Shown here piece after piece: positions 56,675 through 64,000 of a stretch of 64,000 nucleotides of DNA. Below the pieces are notes generated by a model. It did not search any database. It saw nothing but the letters and a program-made list of their open reading frames with translations, and had not been told where the DNA came from. The stretch lies in assembly GCA_965219575.1 (NCBI GenBank), contig OZ244779.1, positions 1,580,769 through 1,644,768 on the forward strand. The letters run 5' to 3'. The DNA comes from Candidatus Oxydemutatoraceae bacterium (GTDB lineage Bacteria; Pseudomonadota; Gammaproteobacteria; Poriferisulfidales; Oxydemutatoraceae). Within the stretch, counting starts at the first letter, position 1, and each line of letters begins with the position of its first letter. A program made the translations under genes and the position numbers.

Positions 56675-56728
56675 CCTTCTAACCCGTAACGGATGGATGT
56701 TTGTGCCGATGTTTACCCACTAATATCG

Positions 56729-57008
56729 GGGCTGTTGAAAAGGTGCGGGCATTGCAAAAATCCAACCGCCTGCGCCGTGAATATTTACAAATCACCGTAG
56801 GGGCGGACATCATAATTGCCGATTGACCTACCGGCTCAATCGGTGGTTATCGCATTTTGTAATGTATGCGTTACTTACTTGTCAAGGGTCTGCACAACGT
56901 CACGCCACTTGCCCAACTGCAACCGCTTGCGCCGTGAATTTATAATAACCACCAAGCCGTAGGGGCAGTATAAAGCCGCCGATTGACCTACCGGCTCAAG
57001 TGGTGGTT
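56729..57008. repeat. Intergenic mosaic of the same repeat blocks found at 16180-16560
   Basis: GTAGGGGCGGACATCATAAT (56797), hairpins (56818, 56978), GCATTTTGTAATGTATGCG.TACTTACTTGT...TGCACAACGTCACGC (56852-56905, matching 16182-16235), CAACTGCAACCGCTTGCGCCGTGAAT (56914, matching 16260), GTAGGGGCAGTATAAAGCCGC (56959, reverse complement of 16471-16491). Confidence 0.85.
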
Positions 57009-60000
57009 CTATTGGAGAGGACCCTCCAAAAAGACTTTGGCACGAATGCGTATCGCACCTCTCTCTATTATATTCGTTGCCGAGGTTCGCAACAGAGTCA
57101 CGGTATAGGTTCGACTCTTCCCGCTCTGTGGAGTTATGACTATAGTAATGTCTCTACTCATTCCGGGCTCAATAGAAACCGCTAGGCTTGCCGATCGGCT
57201 GGCGGGACCCAAGTTACTCAGTCCGTCTCCGATCACCAGTGTTGTACTCGTAGCGAAGGCCGTTGCGGTTATCGTCGTATTTGATATGTCGCTAGGCAAT
57301 TCCACGGTGTAGTTGTTCTGTTGACTTGCCGAGTTCATGTCAAACATAAATCCCGGCACTGTGCCTTGAGATGTGCGTAGCATACTCAACCTCGTGTCTT
57401 GGTTTGCTTGCCGGCTGATAGTCACCGTATAGGTTTTCTGTACGCTGCGTTGTTGTGCGGTCACTACAATTCGCGCTATCTTAGTCTCACCTTCGGCTAG
57501 AGAAATATCGGAACCTATCGTTTCCGTATCACCGTCTACCGTAAGACTGATCGTCGCATCGGGATGTTCGGCTTGCGCTTGTAGCCTAACACTCGTTATC
57601 TTATCGTCGACTATCGGATTGGGAATTGTATAGACATAGTTGGAACTCGTCGCAAAGTTGCCGAATTCGGCAAGTATCTTTTCTCCCGACACAATACGCA
57701 AGGCACTCAAATCGGCATTGCTACTCGGGTCACGACTTATCGTCAAGGCATAGCCTTGGGTTGTCTCGCCGTCTTGCGCAGTCACTACGATGCGCAGGGT
57801 TCGAAAAGCACCGGTATCGGCAATGGTCACCGGTCTGCCGATCATGTTGCGAGCGGAATTCGTCTCTTCGTCCAAGGTAATTGCCACCGCTGCTTGCGAG
57901 TGTGTCGTTGTCACGGTCACGGTCGTATTCGATGTGTGTTCGTCTAGGGTTGCGGTATAGGTTCCATCGCCTTTATCTACTACCGATGCACCGACCACGG
58001 CGATATCCGCCAAACTCGTATCATCACTGCTCTCTCGGATTATCACCAAGCTATAAGTCGCAGATGTAATCCGGTTCCCGGCAATCACTTTGATCGGTAT
58101 GGTCGGCTCGGGTGTATCCAATGCGGCGTTCAGCGTGACCGACTTGTCGGGCATAGACTCCGCCGCATCGCCGTCTATACTAACCGTCGCAGCCGAATCT
58201 GCAGCTCGCGGCGATACTACGATTTGCGTTATGGTCTGGACTTCACGCCCGTCTATTCCGGTGATACGCGCCGTATAAGTTGCGCTCGTACCCTCGTCGG
58301 GTGATCTCAATGTAAGCAGACCCGTACGCGTGTCGTCATCCAACGAAAGCGCAATGCTCGCTAAGTTTGCATTGCTATCGTCGGCTCCGGCACGGGTCAC
58401 GGCGATGGTATAGCCGCGGGTCGTGCTGTCGTCCTGGGAGCTGACCGTAATACGAATGAGTTTTTCTATTTCCGGCACCGTCAAATCAAACGCTCTGTCG
58501 ATCATGCCGATTGCGGTTTCCTCTACACTGTCTATGACCACTTCGATTCTCGCACGCGGATGAGCTTCGGCAACTATTCGAGTGCCGGTGGTGGCATTCG
58601 GAACCTCGAACCTATAGACCTGTGTTCTGCTCGTGGGATCAAAACCCGACAACAAGTTTGCACCGTTTGCATCGAACAATCGCAAATCTCTCAAATCGGC
58701 ATCGTTACTCACCTCGCGGGTCGCACGCACCGTATACATACTTGCCGGCACGCCCGGTGCAGTCAGTGTTACGACAATCTCTCGCGTCTGTCTTAAAGCA
58801 AACGGAATCGTGGCACTCATGTTTTCGGCCGAAATTCTCGAATCGCCGACAACCGATATCGTATACAGAGTGCCGCTTTCACCCTCGGGTAGTGCCGGAC
58901 TCACAACCAGATTTTCACTATCGCTTGCCACCGTCACCGTATAGTTTCTCACCGAAGCATCGAAACTATAAGCATCATCGTCGCTAAGCCCGGTCAGATC
59001 CAGACTCTGTAGAGTTAACGGACGGAATATGCTGACAGTATAGGTCGCCTCGGTAACGCCGTCGGCAGTGTTATCGGCACGGCTTATGAGGATATTTATT
59101 CGGTTCTCACCTCTCGCCAACGGAATAGCTCGAGAAATAGGCGCAGTGGTATTTGCACTTAGTGTCACAAGATTACCGGTCAAGGTGTAGTTGGTGGAGT
59201 CGCCACCTATGCGAATACTTTGAATACTCACACCATTGACATCCACCGATGCGGTTGCCATAGTGGCTGCGATATCCCCACCCGAGAGTGTGCCTATGTA
59301 TTCGGTTCCCGAATTGTCTTCGGAGTCTTCGGTTAAGGTGATACCTGACATTTGAAGCATAAACCTTAGGGCGGTTCTATCGACTGCCGAATCACGATAG
59401 AGTGTCACGGTATAAGTCTGCGTACTCCCATTTTGTGCGGTCACATCTAGGGTAACCGATTTACGCGCACCGGGGTCGATCTCAACCCTCAAACTTGGTC
59501 CCGGCGAGCTAAGTTCTCCGTCTCTGATCAACAATTCTGCATTTGCAGCGTTGACCGTCGCAGTTAGGGTTGTACTTGCTATGTCGTTAGGCAACTCTAC
59601 GATGTAGTCGGTTCGTTGGCTTGCCGAGTGCTCGTTGAATACGAATGTCGGTGCCAATGAGCCCGGTGATACACCCAGCGTTCTCAGTCTCGTATCTCGA
59701 CTTCGCTCGCGAGTCGCACGCACCGTATAGCTATTCGTCACTCCATTCGGTGCTTCAACTATAACGGTAATGACTTTCTGAACTCCTGCGACAAGCGCAA
59801 TCGAAGCTTCACCCGATTCTAAATCCTGCGCCGCCTCCGTGTTCCCGTCGCGGATCGTGTACATAACTCTATTATCTCGATCTATTTGAGACAATACGGG
59901 TCTCACGACGATGTGTTCATTCTCGTTTGCAACCGTGACCGTATAGCTAGTCGTAGAGGGGGCGAAACGATAAGGATCATCGTCGCCGAGTCCGTCCAAA

Positions 60001-63000
60001 CCTAGGGTCTCCAAAACCAGCGGACGAATATCGGTTACGGTATAGCGTTGGGTTGTCTCATTGTCTTCTGCGGTCACGACGATTTCAATCGTATTTTCTC
60101 CGTAAGCTCGCGTAATATTGTATGCGTTAGTACCGGGGTCGGTGGGGGTGAGCAATCTACCGCTGAGATTATCTGCGCTGCGTTGCCTAACTTCAATCCG
60201 TTGCTCTCCTCGGATATTCACACCTAACGCAAAGCTGTTACCGCTAAGGCCTTCTATCTCGTACTCATCTACATCGCCGGCAAAGCTCGGACTTAAGCGA
60301 CCGGGTACCGGCACGATACCATTCAATTCGGCATCGGTATTTCTGAGGGTTATCAGCACGATATATTCTTGGGTTGTCCGTCGATCTTGTGCGGTCACGA
60401 CGATGGTAATCATCGTCGTCCGATCCTCGGTCACTGCGATCACCGAACTCTGTCCGCCTTCGGTTATGACTTCGCCGCGATTGCGCCCCGGTGCAAAAAC
60501 TTCCACCTTATTTACATAGGGTTGTGCGGTCGGTTTTACTCTGACACCGGTCACACTATCGGTGAACGATGCTCGATATTCACCGCCATCGCTTAAGCTA
60601 TCAAAAATTACCAATCGATCAACCGCAACCGACGATTGCGGCAATAGTTCCAATGCCGACAAACGGGCGTCGGTGCTGGGTGTCCGATCTACCGTCAAGG
60701 TGTAATCCTCGCTGTCGTCTTCGCTACCCGATTGTGCGGTTATCCTAATTCGCAACTCCGTACTGTCGCCGGGGTCGTCTAGGGTGATACTCGCTTGCGC
60801 CGCACCCTCTGCTCTTCCGACCTCCGTATTGCTTGCGTCGGTAATCACCACCGTTGCAAATTGATCGCCGGCGGTCACGGTTACGATGCTACTCGTCGTC
60901 GCTTGGTTTAAGGTTGCGTTATAGGTTCCGTCACCGTTATCTACGACCGATGCATCAACCACAGTAATATCTGCCAAGCTCGCATCGCTACTCGGGTCAC
61001 GACTTAGCTCCAAGGTATAGCGTTCGATCGTCTCACTATCCTGCGCAGTCACTACGATGATCAGGGTTCGGGAAGTACCGGTATCGGCAATGGTCACTTG
61101 CCTGCCGAGCATGTTGCGAGCGGAATCCGTCTCTCCGTCCAAAGTGATTGCCACCGTCGCTTGCGAATGGGTCGTTGTCACGGTCACGGTCGTATTCGAT
61201 GTGTTTTCGTCTAGGCTCCTACGGTAAATCCCGTCTCTACCCACCGTTATAGTATCGCCACCGACAATGACACTTGCCAAACTCGCATCCGCACTGCTCA
61301 CCCGGGTTATCACCAAGCTATAGGTCGCAGATGTAGTCCCGTCCTCGGCAATCACTTTGATCGGTATAGCCGGCTCGGGTGTATCCAATGCGGCGTTCAG
61401 CGTGACCGACTTATCGGGCATAGATTCCGCCATATTGCCGTCTATACTAACCATCGCAGATAAGTCTGCAGCCCGCGGCGATACTACGATTTGCGTTATG
61501 GTCTGGACTTCACGCCCGGCTATCCCCATGATACGCGCCGAGTAGGTTCTTTCTCCTTCTTCGTCGGGTGATGTCAATGTAAGTAGGCGACGCATATCGT
61601 CATCCAACGAAAGCGCAATGCTCGCTAAGTTTGCATTGCTACGATCGGCTTCGGCGCGAGTCACGGCTACGGTATAGCCTCGAGTGGTGCTGTCGTCCTG
61701 GGATCTGACTGTAATGCGAATGCGTTTTTCTATTTCCGGCACCGTCAAATCAAACTCCCTGTTAATCGTGCCGGTTGCGACCTCCGCTATACCGTCTATG
61801 ACCACTTCGATTCTCGCATTCGGATGGGCTTCGGCAACCACCCGAGTGCCGGTGGTGGCATTCGGAACATTAAACCGATAGACCTGTGTTTCACTCGTAG
61901 CATCAAAGTCCGGCAACAGGTTCGCATCGTTTTCATCGAGCAACCGCAAATTTCTCAAATCGGCATCCGAACTCTCGGCGCGGTTTATCGTCACGATATA
62001 AGTCCTGCTCGTCGCACCGTTTTGTGAAGTCACCTCAATCCGAACTTGTGCCGAACCTCCTTCGGCTATGGATATAGGCATCGTGCTGTCGGCACCGCTT
62101 TGAACCCGTTCACCGGCGACATCCCCCGGTGCGTGTACGTCGATGACCGCACGAGCATTTTCGGCAGTCGGGCGAATCAATACTTGTGCCACCGAATTGG
62201 CTACATTGAAAGACGGACTTCTATTATTACATTCAATGTCTTCGTTCACTAGCGATCGGTTATCGTCTGCGTCCAAAATGGCTATCGCATCCAAACAATC
62301 GTTATTGCTTTGTACACGGGTGACGGTCAAAGTATGGTCTTTGACCACCTCACCGTTCTCCGCGGTCACGCGAATCAACAATTCTCTACTGTCGCCGGTT
62401 TCGGCGAAGGTGATATCCGCCTCCACTTCTCCTTTTGCGCTCACCAGCCGGGTATTGTTTTCACTAATTACCACCGTTGCGAATTGATCGCCGGCAACGG
62501 CGGTCACGGTCGCCCGCATTACGCTCTCGCCTACGGTTGTGGTATACATCGGTGGGTCGCCTTGTGGCATCAAGCTACCCACCGGCGACACACTCAGCGA
62601 TGCCAAGTTCGCATTCGACCCCAGTATAATCCTTGCCGTCAACTTATAATCTTGGGTCATGCCGTCTTGCGCGGTCACGGTGATAGTAATCTCTTGCCGT
62701 GCCACCGCAATGTCGGCAAGACTCGTCGGAACACCGATCGGGATATCGGTCTTCGTTGCAGTCCGACCACCGACCACATCCGCGCCATCACCGATACTAA
62801 TCGTCACCGTCGCACTGGAATGTGCTGCCGTCGCCGACACCGAGAACCGAGTTACATTTCTGCCAATCACCGCAGTATATTCGGTATTGCTTACCGGAAC
62901 TGCGGTTGCAGTAGTCTCGACTACACCCGGGATGATGATGATCGGTGCGCTACTCAAGCGGGTATCGGAACTGAGGGCGCGACTTATGTTGAGTCTATAG

Positions 63001-64000
63001 CGGTTTATCGTTCTTCTATCGGATGCGGTCACTTTAACCTCAATCGTATTTTGACCTACGCCTAAGCGCAGGCTCGTATCGGGGCATTCATTCGGGGAGT
63101 CACTCTCGGTGCCGGCAACTTTGGTAATTTCAACGGTCGCCTCTTGATCATTCTGCACCGCGTTTACCGAAATACAATTTATTGCGTTTTCAACATCGGG
63201 AAGCGTATATTCCAGTGTGTCGGATATAAAATCGCTCACACTTAAGTTTTCCCTCTCTCCGGAAGTGGAAGACAGCGTATAGAGTATACCTCGCAACCCG
63301 GCATTAGTGCTCGCCCTGCGGGTCGCACGCACCGTATACGTACTTGTCGCCACACCCGGTGCGGTCAGTGTTACGACGATCTCTCTCGTCTGTATTAAAG
63401 CAAACGGAATCGTAGCACTCATGTTTTCGGCCGAAATTGTCGGATCACCGACAACGGATATCGTATACAGAGTGCCGCTTTCACCCTCGGGCAGCACCGG
63501 ACTCACAACCAGATTTTCACTCCCATTTGCCACCATCACCGTATAGTTTCTCACCGAAGCATCAAAACTATAAGGATCATCCATACTAAGTCCGGTCAAA
63601 CCTAGACTCTGCAGGATTAACGGACGGAGTATGTTGACGGTATAGGTCGCTTTGGTAAAGCCGTCGGCGGTGTTATCGGCGCGCCTCAGGACGATACTGA
63701 TTCGGTTCTCACCTCTCGCCAGCGGAATAGATCGAGAAATAGAAGTAGTGGTATTCGCTACAAGATCACCATTCAAGATATTATAGTTCGTAGAGTCGCT
63801 ACCTATGCGAATACTTTGAATACTCACCCCGTTGACATCCACCGATGCCGTTGCCGTAGTGGCTACGATATCCTCACCCGAGAGCGTGCCTATGTATTCG
63901 GTTCCCGAGTCGTCTTCGAGGTCTTCGGTTAAGCTGATACCTGACATTTGAAGCATAAACCCTAGGGCGGTTCTATCGACTGCCGAGTCGCGATAGAGCG
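57009..64000 (-). CDS. 3' part of a second giant cadherin-like repeat protein (paralog of 16561-56631); 5' end lies outside the window
   Basis: The frame stays open beyond 63956 to the window edge (TLYRDSAVDRTALGFMLQMS, repeated internally at ~59400). About 21 cadherin-like domains visible; same C-terminus ATNIIERG[AV]IRIRAKVFLEGPLQ*. Confidence 0.9.
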   Translation of the reverse strand, partial: LYRDSAVDRTALGFMLQMSGISLTEDLEDDSGTEYIGTLSGEDIVATTATASVDVNGVSIQSIRIGSDSTNYNILNGDLVANTTTSISRSIPLARGENRISIVLRRADNTADGFTKATYTVNILRPLILQSLGLTGLSMDDPYSFDASVRNYTVMVANGSENLVVSPVLPEGESGTLYTISVVGDPTISAENMSATIPFALIQTREIVVTLTAPGVATSTYTVRATRRASTNAGLRGILYTLSSTSGERENLSVSDFISDTLEYTLPDVENAINCISVNAVQNDQEATVEITKVAGTESDSPNECPDTSLRLGVGQNTIEVKVTASDRRTINRYRLNISRALSSDTRLSSAPIIIIPGVVETTATAVPVSNTEYTAVIGRNVTRFSVSATAAHSSATVTISIGDGADVVGGRTATKTDIPIGVPTSLADIAVARQEITITVTAQDGMTQDYKLTARIILGSNANLASLSVSPVGSLMPQGDPPMYTTTVGESVMRATVTAVAGDQFATVVISENNTRLVSAKGEVEADITFAETGDSRELLIRVTAENGEVVKDHTLTVTRVQSNNDCLDAIAILDADDNRSLVNEDIECNNRSPSFNVANSVAQVLIRPTAENARAVIDVHAPGDVAGERVQSGADSTMPISIAEGGSAQVRIEVTSQNGATSRTYIVTINRAESSDADLRNLRLLDENDANLLPDFDATSETQVYRFNVPNATTGTRVVAEAHPNARIEVVIDGIAEVATGTINREFDLTVPEIEKRIRITVRSQDDSTTRGYTVAVTRAEADRSNANLASIALSLDDDMRRLLTLTSPDEEGERTYSARIMGIAGREVQTITQIVVSPRAADLSAMVSIDGNMAESMPDKSVTLNAALDTPEPAIPIKVIAEDGTTSATYSLVITRVSSADASLASVIVGGDTITVGRDGIYRRSLDENTSNTTVTVTTTHSQATVAITLDGETDSARNMLGRQVTIADTGTSRTLIIVVTAQDSETIERYTLELSRDPSSDASLADITVVDASVVDNGDGTYNATLNQATTSSIVTVTAGDQFATVVITDASNTEVGRAEGAAQASITLDDPGDSTELRIRITAQSGSEDDSEDYTLTVDRTPSTDARLSALELLPQSSVAVDRLVIFDSLSDGGEYRASFTDSVTGVRVKPTAQPYVNKVEVFAPGRNRGEVITEGGQSSVIAVTEDRTTMITIVVTAQDRRTTQEYIVLITLRNTDAELNGIVPVPGRLSPSFAGDVDEYEIEGLSGNSFALGVNIRGEQRIEVRQRSADNLSGRLLTPTDPGTNAYNITRAYGENTIEIVVTAEDNETTQRYTVTDIRPLVLETLGLDGLGDDDPYRFAPSTTSYTVTVANENEHIVVRPVLSQIDRDNRVMYTIRDGNTEAAQDLESGEASIALVAGVQKVITVIVEAPNGVTNSYTVRATRERSRDTRLRTLGVSPGSLAPTFVFNEHSASQRTDYIVELPNDIASTTLTATVNAANAELLIRDGELSSPGPSLRVEIDPGARKSVTLDVTAQNGSTQTYTVTLYRDSAVDRTALRFMLQMSGITLTEDSEDNSGTEYIGTLSGGDIAATMATASVDVNGVSIQSIRIGGDSTNYTLTGNLVTLSANTTAPISRAIPLARGENRINILISRADNTADGVTEATYTVSIFRPLTLQSLDLTGLSDDDAYSFDASVRNYTVTVASDSENLVVSPALPEGESGTLYTISVVGDSRISAENMSATIPFALRQTREIVVTLTAPGVPASMYTVRATREVSNDADLRDLRLFDANGANLLSGFDPTSRTQVYRFEVPNATTGTRIVAEAHPRARIEVVIDSVEETAIGMIDRAFDLTVPEIEKLIRITVSSQDDSTTRGYTIAVTRAGADDSNANLASIALSLDDDTRTGLLTLRSPDEGTSATYTARITGIDGREVQTITQIVVSPRAADSAATVSIDGDAAESMPDKSVTLNAALDTPEPTIPIKVIAGNRITSATYSLVIIRESSDDTSLADIAVVGASVVDKGDGTYTATLDEHTSNTTVTVTTTHSQAAVAITLDEETNSARNMIGRPVTIADTGAFRTLRIVVTAQDGETTQGYALTISRDPSSNADLSALRIVSGEKILAEFGNFATSSNYVYTIPNPIVDDKITSVRLQAQAEHPDATISLTVDGDTETIGSDISLAEGETKIARIVVTAQQRSVQKTYTVTISRQANQDTRLSMLRTSQGTVPGFMFDMNSASQQNNYTVELPSDISNTTITATAFATSTTLVIGDGLSNLGPASRSASLAVSIEPGMSRDITIVITPQSGKSRTYTVTLLRTSATNIIERGAIRIRAKVFLEGPLQ

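Noticed and set aside
17648-63546. Many plus-strand ORFs of 60-327 aa (e.g. 19972-20895, 50707-51690, 62310-63065) opposite the giant genes
   Set aside because: Antisense shadows of repetitive, codon-biased genes; their repeats (TKPPT, DQTAD) are reverse translations of VGGLV; no independent motifs or RBS.
63954-63956. ATG at 63956 as the start of the second large protein
   Set aside because: The frame is open to the window edge, the Met lies inside a repeated domain (same context at ~59360), and no signal peptide follows.
41200-64000. Near-identical repeat pairs as template/variable repeats of a diversity-generating retroelement
   Set aside because: No reverse transcriptase in the window, differences are not confined to adenines, and both copies are in-frame coding domains.

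Overview
Bacterial window, most consistent with a gammaproteobacterium (guaB divergent from xseA; accD-folC-dedD-cvpA order). Positions 1-14.2 kb are housekeeping genes, mostly on the minus strand: guaB-guaA-alaS-trpF, then trpB-trpA-accD-folC-dedD, plus xseA on the plus strand. This block has two disruptions: an Rpn/PD-(D/E)XK nuclease gene between trpF and trpB, and an in-frame cvpA'-'folC chimera at the left edge. A SnoaL-like gene and an AAA_14/DUF4143 ATPase follow. The remaining ~47 kb holds two tandem giant secreted-protein genes. One is complete at 13,356 aa: signal peptide, 19 GLUG-type beta-helix modules with paired Cys, many preceded by DxDxDG loops, and ~19 cadherin-like beta-sandwiches. 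The other is the 3' end of a paralog that runs off the window. Both end in the same motif, IRIRAKVFLEGPLQ*, with no recognisable secretion signal or anchor, and both show domain shuffling with identifiable crossover points. A family of nested palindromic repeats (hairpin element, MITE-like element, GTAG-REPs) sits at the stop codons of both giant genes and of the rpn gene. All assignments come from reading motifs by eye; no database searches were run.
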